A stretch of 64,000 bases of DNA from a virus, in IMG/VR virus record IMGVR_UViG_3300029319_000006, positions 64,001-128,000 of that record; one strand, written 5' to 3'. Within the stretch, counting starts at the first letter, position 1; every line of letters begins with the position of its first letter. The notes below the pieces were generated by a model. The model searched no databases, was not told the origin of the DNA, and saw only the letters and a list, made by a program, of their open reading frames with translations. Positions 19,275-28,689 of this stretch are shown in pieces. The position numbers and the translations under genes were made by a program.

Positions 19275-20971
19275 GATGTAGCAATAGTCCTTATATTAGC
19301 AAATACTGGAGGATGAGTTTGTCTTGTTGTGTGCATAGTTATTTTTATTTGATACTCATCAAATGCTTTTAAATCAAAAACACTAAAAGCATATTCTCTA
19401 AATGCTGTATAATTATCAGTAGGAGCAATATCGTTATAACCCATACCTTTTACTTGTTTAGTTGTTTTACTAAATTCAACAAAACTTTGATCTGTTAATT
19501 TTGATCCATCATCACCAGCTGTTTTTGTTCTAAAATAAACACTAAATTCAGCTCCTTTTGGTCTTACAGCATCCATGTAAACTACAATAGATGTAGCAGA
19601 TGTTTCTAACTTATAAGGTATAGTTAGATGTTGTGCAGCAGCTGTTCCCCCTGAAGATGCAGAATCAGCTACAAATGATACTGATGATAAAGTATTTTTA
19701 CCAGTGGCTGCAGCAGCAGCTTGAAAATCAACTAATGCAGCTTCACAACCTACAAAAGATGTGTTAACATTAAAATGAGGGGCAACATTAGCATCATCAG
19801 TAATCATAGTTACAGTAAATTTACCTGAAGGATTACCACTAAGTCTTAAAGTTTCATTTTCAGTTGTAGCAATCATATGAGGATTTTTAAGTCTTATAGT
19901 TTTAAAAGGTAATAGTTTTATATCACTAGTAGTGTTATAAGCTGTTTCAGATCCTGCAAAACTTTTACTTGTTGTTAAATCTGCTTTTGCAAAAAGTGAA
20001 GTTTTCTTAGGTGTTACATTAGGAAGATTAAGATATATTTGATCTATACCATAATTTTCTGTAGCAAGTAATCCTGTTCCTCCAGCTCTTATACTTGCAG
20101 TAGCATTTGAATCAGCATTGAATGTATATCCAAAAGGATCAGCATTTACAATTGTTCTTTCACCTAATACACTTCTTCCAAACATTCCATTTATAGAACC
20201 ACTACTATCAAAACTATTCACTCCATCAGTTGATAATACAACTTTATCACCAGGTTGAAAACCATGTGAAGGATGTCTAACTTTTACTAATGTACTAGCT
20301 GCAGTAAATGTTAAAGGATCAAAACTATAGTGACTTAATCCATCTCTAACTGTAGATTCTGTTAATTTTTTAGGTCCTGGATTATTAGCAAACATAACAG
20401 CTGTGTGTTTAGTAGCTGTAGTAAATTGAGCTTTATAAACTTTAAATGTTACATCTTTACTATTATCTGCTTCCCAAGAAGTTCCATTAGAAGAACTATA
20501 ATATGCACCTTGTTCAGTAGATGAATTAAATGTGTAAAATTCTTGTGTACTTCCATATAAGTAATTTAAATTTTTAGCAATATACATCTGATATTGTCCA
20601 GCTGGAGCTGAAGTGTATATTACAAATGAACATAATGTGTTAGCAGGCACATATATTGGATGTCTAAATTCAAATTTAAATTCTCTAGCAGCAGCAAAAG
20701 TTGTACCAGCAAAAGATCCACCAGGATCAGTTTTAGCTCTGATTTGTGCTGCAGTAGCTGTAACTCTTGTACCAGGAATATATCTAATAGAAGAAGGTGC
20801 ACCATCTTCACTTGTTGGTCTCATTTCTATTGTGATTCCATAATCATCATCTGCTGGTGCTTTGGCAAAGAATATGCCAATTGCAGTTAATGTACTAGCT
20901 TGATCAACAACAAAGGTTTGAGCTGTTGGATTTCTTTGTTCTGCTAGTTGAAGTAAACCTGCTTGAGCCAT
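19271..20971 (-). CDS. Virion structural protein (DUF4815-like, C-terminal part)
   Basis: PTAQTF...IGIFF, SSNGTSW...DVTFKVYKAQF, FREYAF...FDEYQIKI...IRTIAT. Confidence 0.65.
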   Translation of the reverse strand: MAQAGLLQLAEQRNPTAQTFVVDQASTLTAIGIFFAKAPADDDYGITIEMRPTSEDGAPSSIRYIPGTRVTATAAQIRAKTDPGGSFAGTTFAAAREFKFEFRHPIYVPANTLCSFVIYTSAPAGQYQMYIAKNLNYLYGSTQEFYTFNSSTEQGAYYSSSNGTSWEADNSKDVTFKVYKAQFTTATKHTAVMFANNPGPKKLTESTVRDGLSHYSFDPLTFTAASTLVKVRHPSHGFQPGDKVVLSTDGVNSFDSSGSINGMFGRSVLGERTIVNADPFGYTFNADSNATASIRAGGTGLLATENYGIDQIYLNLPNVTPKKTSLFAKADLTTSKSFAGSETAYNTTSDIKLLPFKTIRLKNPHMIATTENETLRLSGNPSGKFTVTMITDDANVAPHFNVNTSFVGCEAALVDFQAAAAATGKNTLSSVSFVADSASSGGTAAAQHLTIPYKLETSATSIVVYMDAVRPKGAEFSVYFRTKTAGDDGSKLTDQSFVEFSKTTKQVKGMGYNDIAPTDNYTAFREYAFSVFDLKAFDEYQIKITMHTTRQTHPPVFANIRTIATS

Positions 20972-22186
20972 TTATTTCTCCCTCACAAATAGTCCTACAA
21001 TAAATGTTTGTAAAACTCGATAATAATATCTTGTTGCTATTTTTAGTTCAAACGGTCTTTTTCCATTACCCCATTCTAAACACTCTTTGAATTCTTTATA
21101 AACTTTTTCAGCTGTTCCATTTGCTATGTGTTTACGACCAAGATATCTATAACCTCTTCTCATAGCTTCTCCCCACCATTTATTGTGAAGATTTTTCTTA
21201 CACCAATCAACTGCATTAGCTTTATCACTAGAAAGAAAAGCACCACTAGATACAGCATGAGTAGCTATAACACAACTATTATTTGAAGACTCTTTTCCTC
21301 CATTACCTTTATCACCTTGAACAGCTTCTGACCATGTTTCAGCTATATATCCACCATCACTATGTTTAGCATCTCCTTGTCCAGCTACACCTAATGCAGT
21401 AGCACTAGTACCAGTTCCTGCTTGATTATGATAAGCTAATGAATTATTAATATTTTCTATTGTATCGTGATATGTGTAGGTTCCACTCCAATTTGTAACT
21501 TGATAATACCCATATTCTTTATCATTGCCTCCATCATCATTTTTTGAAGTAGTTGTATTTGGAGTAGCTGTAGGTTGAGCATTAGTAGTAGGAGTTACTT
21601 CAGGTTCTTGCCATACTTGTTCTATTGCTGTATAAGTGTATGATGAAGTAGTACTATATTGATAATAATTTTCATATTGTCCATAACCTTTAAAAATAGC
21701 TGTTCCATAAGATTTACATTTAGCTTTATTTGGAGAGGATATATCAATAGCCATAAAAGTGTGTCCATCTGTATTCAATGGCCAACTTATGTCCGCATTA
21801 CTTTGTAAATAAAATACTCCTCTTAGTATTCCATTAGCAGTTGATGTTACTGGAGTATTTACAGCTCCTCCATTAGTAGCACCACTGTAAGCTAAATTAC
21901 TTGCTGAAGGAAATGATGTAGCATTTACATATTGTTCACCAGGTTCTTTTAATGAAGAATTACCTGATGCAGAAGTGAAATCTGATTCACTATAAGAAGT
22001 ATTTACAAATCTAGTAACTTCTTTATTTCCAAAAAATATCCAATGAGGAATATTAGGTCTTAGTCCGGTAAATTCAAAATATATAAATTTTGGTCTGTGC
22101 ACTGGAATGGGATCATAACCAACTACAGATTCATGTGTTGTTGTTTGATAACCAGTTTTTTGTACAGATACGTCTACATATGGCAT
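20972..22186 (-). CDS. Virion structural protein (DUF4815-like, middle part) with a C-terminal CVIAT domain
   Basis: RPKFIYFEFTGLRPN...FF motif; C-terminal CVIATHA...GYRYLG. Confidence 0.55.
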   Translation of the reverse strand: MPYVDVSVQKTGYQTTTHESVVGYDPIPVHRPKFIYFEFTGLRPNIPHWIFFGNKEVTRFVNTSYSESDFTSASGNSSLKEPGEQYVNATSFPSASNLAYSGATNGGAVNTPVTSTANGILRGVFYLQSNADISWPLNTDGHTFMAIDISSPNKAKCKSYGTAIFKGYGQYENYYQYSTTSSYTYTAIEQVWQEPEVTPTTNAQPTATPNTTTSKNDDGGNDKEYGYYQVTNWSGTYTYHDTIENINNSLAYHNQAGTGTSATALGVAGQGDAKHSDGGYIAETWSEAVQGDKGNGGKESSNNSCVIATHAVSSGAFLSSDKANAVDWCKKNLHNKWWGEAMRRGYRYLGRKHIANGTAEKVYKEFKECLEWGNGKRPFELKIATRYYYRVLQTFIVGLFVREK

Positions 22187-22195
22187 TTTATTTCC

Positions 22196-25165
22196 TTAGT
22201 CGTTTGTAACTACTTCGTTTGTACCCTTAACAATAAGTGAAGAGTTAGAAGTTGAAGAATAACTTTGATCAACTTTTCTTCTTACTGTAAAATAATCTCC
22301 TTCCGGAATCAATTCACTAGAAGCTATATGTTGAGGTGTTTCAAATTGATTTACATTTTCTATTGAAGTAGCTTTTTGTTGGCTAAAGTCTGCTACTGAT
22401 TCAGTATACTTAGGCCAAATTGTACTTCCTTTTACTACACATAATCCACCAGAAGCTGCTGAGTCATATGTCATTCCAATTGCTTTATGATATATTTTTG
22501 GTGTAAGTACATTTACAGATGGCATTTTATTGATTCTAGCTCTATACTCATCATTATACCAATCGGATTGTAATTTATCCTGAAAATTATCTCCTGTCAA
22601 TCCTTCCATTTGTCTTATTGTACTTTGATTATTAGGATCATACACTTCCATTTTAGCTAAATTTAATTCAGCTGCAGATAAGGTATATAATCTTTCTAAG
22701 TTACCAAGTCTTCTATCAATTCTATTGATATCAGCCATCTTATATCCTTGGTAATTATATGTAAAAGTTCCAGCATCATTTTTATTCATAGTAAATGGAT
22801 TCAAATGTATTTCATGTAATATCATATCAGCTGGATCAATATTATTTGGCATAGTAGGTTTGACTGCAGCAGTACCATAATTATAAATTAGTTGACCTTG
22901 AGGAGTCATTGTTATAGCATCAGTTCTAGGATTAAAATATTTTGCTGTTCCTATTTGTAAATTATCTTGATTCCTTGGTAAAAATTCTATTCTACTGATA
23001 CCTCCAGAAAAAGTTCCATTGGCTGGATTCTTAGATGGTCTCATATCAATACAATCTGCTAATCTATAATTTTGACCAGCTGGACTACTGAATGAAGGTA
23101 TTTTATCATAATCTAAGTTTACATATGAATTTGGTCCAAAAAATCCAGTATTTCCAGCACTTGGTGTTGAATGTAAAAAATACCTATACTGTACATTAAT
23201 TGTACCAGCAGGAGCAGAAACTCCAGACTTTAATGTTCCAGTTCCTGGTCCATAAAAATTATCTGTTTGACCATTATTAAAGTTAAATTTATATGTAATA
23301 TCTTCATTAGTTGTATCATCAATAACTTTATGAAACTTAAATATATCATTTTTAGTAACAGTGAAAACACCACTAGATAAAGATAAACTTGAATCAGTTT
23401 GAAATAATCCAGTAGTAGGATCTGGTGTTAACGTTTTTGTTTTTAAAACAAGAGATCTGTTTTCAAATGTTAATAATTTTGCATTTCCAGCAGGAACATT
23501 TCCAGGAGTTGTTGCACCATTTTTATATCCTGTTGTAATAGTTTTTGATGTGGATGTCCCAGTCATAGAGAGATTACTATAGATATCTCCACTATCCATC
23601 ACCCATAACCATTGATCAGTATCGTCAAAAGTTCCTGTTGTAGTTGAAACTGCATTTGAAGGATTAGTTAATCCTGTTTTTACTACACCTATCGTACCAG
23701 TAACAGATGATGTTTCACTAACTCTTGCTCTTGGCATTCTAAATAATAAATTGTTGTCTTGTTTATCAATAAGGTCAAAGTTACCTAAAACATTTTTTAA
23801 ATTAACAAAACTTGTACCACTTGTTCCAACACTTCTTACATCACCTAGATTATTATTACTATCTAAACTTATATCAAATACATGAGTTTTAAGAGTAGAT
23901 CCAAATTTATCAACCATTCTTACTTTAGCAGTTCCAATAGTTGTTCCTCCATGATCTCTAGCATTTTTTAAGTTTACTGTTCCATAAGTTGGTATTTCTC
24001 CAATCATACCAAAAGAACTATCAATATTTGAAAGAAAATAATTTCCGTAATTAGCACCAACAAATTCATTAGTTATTATATTAATATTTTCATCTACGTT
24101 AGGATCGTTTGGTTTTCTAACTCTGAATGGTAATGGATTATCACGAGTAATTTTATTACCTTTGATAAATGCAGTACCACTAGATATTTCAATTGATAAA
24201 AAGTCTGTACTTGCACTATCATCTTTTATTGTTATATCAAATTCACCTATTGCACTTCTCTCAATAAAATCTCCAGTAATAGCATCTGTTCTAGCATTTA
24301 ATATTTTAGCAATATTACCTAAAGTTCTATCTGATGTACTAATATTACTTACAATCTTACCATTCTTAATTTCATATATTGAATAGAATGTATCTCCTGC
24401 AGATATCGCATCTTGAGTAGTAAGAGTTAATATAATTTGTAATCTATCAGCACCAGGCGAAGTAAGATTTGGAGTAGCTCCAGCATTATCAAACAATGCT
24501 ACATTATCTGATGAAGTCACTATTTGTTGAGTTACTTTAAATCCAACTGTTTTAGATGGAGTGGCACTAAATTTATCAAGAACTAATGTTTGAGCTTCCA
24601 CATGAATTAAATGACCAGCAGCATAAGTGTCAAAAGATGGTACTTCTATGATTGAACCACTTCCCACAGCATCACTAACATTCTCAATAGTTATATTACC
24701 TAAAGTCGAAGACAGAACAGCTCCTGGAGCAAACTGTTTGGGTTGAGAGGTATCAGTGGCTACGGATGAACCTCCTGTTTTACCTTTACCCATTCTTACC
24801 ATAATTACATCTTGAGCTGCATCAGGTATAATTGCTTTTACTGTAGCAAATAAATCTCCATCATTAATTATTGTACCTTTTAAAGCAGCATGACCAGTTG
24901 GTAATGAAGTTACTTTGATATATGTGTAAGAAAATGAATCTGATCCTGCGGCTAATGTTCCAGAATTATTAAATATTGCTCCTTCACTTACAATAAATTT
25001 AGCAAGTCTTTCAATTTCTTTTTGTATAATTGTTTGAGATTGAGTTAATTCTCTAGCTTGTAATGCTTTACCTGAATTAAATAATATACGGTGGTAATGA
25101 TCACTGTCTCTATAATCATCATTATATGTACTTAAAAAAGTTGTTTTTGATACGTTAGTAACCAT
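22196..25165 (-). CDS. Virion structural protein (DUF4815-like, N-terminal part)
   Basis: YNDDY...YHRILFNSGKALQARELTQSQTIIQ, PGADRL, DCIDMRP, YKMADI...LERLYTLS. Confidence 0.75.
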   Translation of the reverse strand: MVTNVSKTTFLSTYNDDYRDSDHYHRILFNSGKALQARELTQSQTIIQKEIERLAKFIVSEGAIFNNSGTLAAGSDSFSYTYIKVTSLPTGHAALKGTIINDGDLFATVKAIIPDAAQDVIMVRMGKGKTGGSSVATDTSQPKQFAPGAVLSSTLGNITIENVSDAVGSGSIIEVPSFDTYAAGHLIHVEAQTLVLDKFSATPSKTVGFKVTQQIVTSSDNVALFDNAGATPNLTSPGADRLQIILTLTTQDAISAGDTFYSIYEIKNGKIVSNISTSDRTLGNIAKILNARTDAITGDFIERSAIGEFDITIKDDSASTDFLSIEISSGTAFIKGNKITRDNPLPFRVRKPNDPNVDENINIITNEFVGANYGNYFLSNIDSSFGMIGEIPTYGTVNLKNARDHGGTTIGTAKVRMVDKFGSTLKTHVFDISLDSNNNLGDVRSVGTSGTSFVNLKNVLGNFDLIDKQDNNLLFRMPRARVSETSSVTGTIGVVKTGLTNPSNAVSTTTGTFDDTDQWLWVMDSGDIYSNLSMTGTSTSKTITTGYKNGATTPGNVPAGNAKLLTFENRSLVLKTKTLTPDPTTGLFQTDSSLSLSSGVFTVTKNDIFKFHKVIDDTTNEDITYKFNFNNGQTDNFYGPGTGTLKSGVSAPAGTINVQYRYFLHSTPSAGNTGFFGPNSYVNLDYDKIPSFSSPAGQNYRLADCIDMRPSKNPANGTFSGGISRIEFLPRNQDNLQIGTAKYFNPRTDAITMTPQGQLIYNYGTAAVKPTMPNNIDPADMILHEIHLNPFTMNKNDAGTFTYNYQGYKMADINRIDRRLGNLERLYTLSAAELNLAKMEVYDPNNQSTIRQMEGLTGDNFQDKLQSDWYNDEYRARINKMPSVNVLTPKIYHKAIGMTYDSAASGGLCVVKGSTIWPKYTESVADFSQQKATSIENVNQFETPQHIASSELIPEGDYFTVRRKVDQSYSSTSNSSLIVKGTNEVVTND

Positions 25166-25174
25166 TTTTTATCC

Positions 25175-26569
25175 TCAAAGTTGAACGACGAGTTTTATAT
25201 CGTCTGTACTAGCAGTCGTTCGAGTTTGTGCAGAAGCATTATTAATAAAGAATATTTCACCTGAATATCTGTCTACATCAGGTCTTATGTTATGTTGTCC
25301 TGTTGCAATTGTTCTTGTACTACCCAATCCTTCAACAGTAATTGTTTCTCCTGATCTAAATGGAGTAAATCCTGATGCTTCATCTTGATGATACCATATT
25401 GTAGAATCTTGAATAAAATCTACCCAAGCCTTAGCATTACTGTCTCCTGTTATTTCAACATCATTTGCAAAAGCAAAAGAACTAGAAATTGGTGATGTAA
25501 CTCTAATTTTCTTTAAACAGTTTCCTGCTGTACCTTGAAACTTATTTCTAGATGCACTGTCTACTAATGGATTTTTCCATAATGCTATTTGTCTATAATC
25601 ATTATCAACTATCCAATTACCAGAAACATTTCCTTCTGGTTTAATATGAAACATCATAGCTGAAGCTCTTAAATCATTTATTGGATTAGCTCCAAGACCG
25701 TTACTATCGTGAGCAAAAACTGGAACAACAGTAGCGTTAGTTCCTCCAGGTGAAGTTATTCTTATATTAGCTTGTTTATAACCAGATCCTAAAAATGGTG
25801 ATATGTCTGTGGTTCCAGAACTTTCACCAACTTCTACAGCTGTTATAACACCAGATCCTACAACAGCGTATGCTTTGGCTCCATTTCCATCACCTACTAC
25901 AGTCAAAGAAGTAGTTGCACTGTCATATCCAGATCCACCATTAGTTACTCTATATCCTAAGATTTGGCCAGACACAGCAGCATTTTGAATTGTAAACTGA
26001 GCAAATCCAGGATCAGTTGCTGAAGCAGAATCAACTTTCTTTACAGGCATAAAATTAGATGTAGTAAAAAAGTTTGTATCAGCAGTAGAAATAGAATACA
26101 TAAATTTCCAGATATATCCATCTGCTTCAATTGGTAATGATACATTAGTATGATCTGGTTTAACAGTAGAAACTTGGTTGTTACCTAAAGAATCTTTACC
26201 CACTCTTAAACATACGTATACATTATTTTCTGCTGTTTTTACATAATAAGATGTAGCTGGATGTCCTGTAGAATTATCATTATATTGTGCATATTGTGTA
26301 TTAGTTGTCCAATCTTTGATAGGTACCACATGAGAAAATGCTTCAATAGCTTTTACAGACTGTAAATTATATCTAAACAATCTAGTTTCTCTATCTGTAA
26401 CATTTGGTGTTGGTGCAACATCTGTATTTGCTATAGGATCCCATTGTTGTGATCTACCAACTGCTATATAGTAATTATTATTAGAATCACCAAGTTTTGT
26501 ACCCGTCGCTTCATCAAACAATTGACTTAGAAATGTTCTTTTAATTTTATCTGTAATAATTGCTGTCAT
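25175..26569 (-). CDS. gp8: Baseplate wedge subunit
   Basis: YYIAVGR, NVYVCL, DGYIWKFMY, FMPV, NDYRQI, SGEIFFINN, DDIKLVVQL. Confidence 0.85.
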   Translation of the reverse strand: MTAIITDKIKRTFLSQLFDEATGTKLGDSNNNYYIAVGRSQQWDPIANTDVAPTPNVTDRETRLFRYNLQSVKAIEAFSHVVPIKDWTTNTQYAQYNDNSTGHPATSYYVKTAENNVYVCLRVGKDSLGNNQVSTVKPDHTNVSLPIEADGYIWKFMYSISTADTNFFTTSNFMPVKKVDSASATDPGFAQFTIQNAAVSGQILGYRVTNGGSGYDSATTSLTVVGDGNGAKAYAVVGSGVITAVEVGESSGTTDISPFLGSGYKQANIRITSPGGTNATVVPVFAHDSNGLGANPINDLRASAMMFHIKPEGNVSGNWIVDNDYRQIALWKNPLVDSASRNKFQGTAGNCLKKIRVTSPISSSFAFANDVEITGDSNAKAWVDFIQDSTIWYHQDEASGFTPFRSGETITVEGLGSTRTIATGQHNIRPDVDRYSGEIFFINNASAQTRTTASTDDIKLVVQL

Positions 26570-26581
26570 AATTGTTTCCTA

Positions 26582-27580
26582 TTAAGATACTGTATGTCCT
26601 TCACCACCCATCACATACCAGTTTGTTCCGTCCCAGATAAGTGTTGCTGTATCGAATTGTTGAAATGTTACTCCTGTTGATCCTTGAGGGAATTGAGCTG
26701 CAGTGATACTTAATACTAAATCACCAGCACCTGATTGTCTTATTACATGCAAGTTAAGAGTTTTACTTGCAGGACCATTAGGTAATGTTACTGTACCAGC
26801 ACCACCTTGTAATAATAATAAACTTTTTGTGAGTGATGCAGTATCACCATTTGATAATGTTTCTGAAGATAATCCATATTGATTTATGTTTACAATTCCT
26901 GTACCTTTGGAAGAAATATCTAAACCTATATTAGCGTCTGTGCTTCCAATAACTGATAAACTAGGTGTATTACCATTTGATACACCAGTAACTTTTATTC
27001 TATTTCTTGTGTTTCCTACATCAGTAAATGAAATAACTGGATTGCCTGTAGAATCAGAAAGATGAGTTGTAATTTTAGGAGAGGATATGGTAGGTGAAGC
27101 TAAAGATTTATTTGTTAATGTTTGATTATGAGCTTCCATTACCATTACATCATTACTACCTAAAAGAGGTAAAACAACATTTCTATTTGCTGCCAGATTA
27201 CTTGGTACAAAATTATAATGATGTGATGAATCTAAATCTTTTATTTTAAATCTATCAAATGTAGCACTATCTATAGATGGTTGAGTTAAAGTTTTATTAG
27301 TTAAAGTTTGAGATGCTGTATTTAATGTTACTTCACCAGATGCATTAGGAAAATCAATATTTCTTTCTGCAGTTGGATTTACATGACCAATCTTTGTTCT
27401 AAAAGATGCTCCAATGAAATCTACACCACTATCAGTAAGAGCAGATACACCAGCACCTCCTCCGCCAACTAATGTGTAAAGTTCAGTAAAATTTTCATTA
27501 ATTTTAGTACCAGCAGTTCTTAACGTATCGCCTGTACCATCATTAGCTGAAGTACCAGTATTAATTGTTTGTCTTGCCAT
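26582..27580 (-). CDS. gp9/gp10-like baseplate wedge tail fibre connector
   Basis: ARQTINTGTSANDGTGDTLRTAGTKINENFTELY N-terminal signature; QTLTNK repeats. Confidence 0.75.
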   Translation of the reverse strand: MARQTINTGTSANDGTGDTLRTAGTKINENFTELYTLVGGGGAGVSALTDSGVDFIGASFRTKIGHVNPTAERNIDFPNASGEVTLNTASQTLTNKTLTQPSIDSATFDRFKIKDLDSSHHYNFVPSNLAANRNVVLPLLGSNDVMVMEAHNQTLTNKSLASPTISSPKITTHLSDSTGNPVISFTDVGNTRNRIKVTGVSNGNTPSLSVIGSTDANIGLDISSKGTGIVNINQYGLSSETLSNGDTASLTKSLLLLQGGAGTVTLPNGPASKTLNLHVIRQSGAGDLVLSITAAQFPQGSTGVTFQQFDTATLIWDGTNWYVMGGEGHTVS

Positions 27581-27604
27581 GTTTTATCTCTTTTTTCTTA
27601 ACAT

Positions 27605-27612
27605 TATTTATA
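27605..27612 (-). promoter_or_regulatory. T4-type late promoter TATAAATA
   Basis: Exact intergenic match upstream of 27580. Confidence 0.75.
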
Positions 27613-27621
27613 TGTGTAAAA

Positions 27622-28689
27622 TCAAGGTCCTGTTGGATAATGAGCAGAATCTGCACTATTTGAAGAAGAATCAAACAATGTCCTATATCTATGCTCATCA
27701 AATCTTGGAAGTAGAATAACACCTGATGGTGAATCTCTATCCATTCTAATTGCTGTTGCAGTTTCAGAATCATCCATTAAGAATGAATTAGGTGTAATCA
27801 GTTCTCTAAATGTTAGTGTAGCAGTACTATCCATTATAGTTGTAAGACTTCTTTCTATGTCTTTTTCTACATCTGCTCTAATCATACCAATAGTACCATC
27901 ACCTCTTTGAATAAGTGTAGTATCTACACTACCAAGTAAATTCATATTAGCTATAGTTTCTGTAGAAGTAGTAAATACTGGTTTTGATCCTGGTCCTGAT
28001 TCTCTTAATGATTGAATAACATTACCATTTACTAATTCTAAAACAATTTGAGCTGCTAGATGAGCTCCAGCTGGGTGAACAAATAATTTATAAGCATCTT
28101 CCCATTGTTGTACAGGAATTGCACTTTTTATGAGAATAGACATTACTTGAAATTGTCCATTATCAGTTAAAAACTTTTGAGATTCTGATCCTAATACACC
28201 AGCAGCAGTTTTAATTTGCTGACCTGATGAATTAACACTATCTAAATTATAATCTATAGCAGGACCTACATGAAAAATATTTTCTTTTGGATAGATTACT
28301 TGAGGATCATCATTAAAAAATCCACGGAAGAATTGTTGTATACTATATTTGGTACCTTTAGATCTATATAATTGATTTGAAAACTTTATTGCTTCTCTTT
28401 TATTTAAGAATCCTCCAAATGTAGCATTACCTAATAATAACTCATCTTCTAAAAATTTTAATAAATCTTCTGGAACTTGAGTAGCGTCTCTACTTGAATA
28501 TAAATCATGGATTTGACCAGAAGGTTTTCCAGATGAATCCATATATTCATAATATGCATCAAACAATGCTTTTAACTTAGGATAATCAATACCAAAATAC
28601 TCTGGTAGAATATTATCAACTTCTGCTCTTTGCAGATTTAATAATCTTCTATTAAGATCAGTAGTAGTTTTATCTTGTTCGTATTCCAT
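27622..28689 (-). CDS. Baseplate wedge protein, short gp7-like
   Basis: LPEYF...YYEYM, LYRSKGT...FFR, LFVHPAG; follows gp6. Confidence 0.65.
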   Translation of the reverse strand: MEYEQDKTTTDLNRRLLNLQRAEVDNILPEYFGIDYPKLKALFDAYYEYMDSSGKPSGQIHDLYSSRDATQVPEDLLKFLEDELLLGNATFGGFLNKREAIKFSNQLYRSKGTKYSIQQFFRGFFNDDPQVIYPKENIFHVGPAIDYNLDSVNSSGQQIKTAAGVLGSESQKFLTDNGQFQVMSILIKSAIPVQQWEDAYKLFVHPAGAHLAAQIVLELVNGNVIQSLRESGPGSKPVFTTSTETIANMNLLGSVDTTLIQRGDGTIGMIRADVEKDIERSLTTIMDSTATLTFRELITPNSFLMDDSETATAIRMDRDSPSGVILLPRFDEHRYRTLFDSSSNSADSAHYPTGP

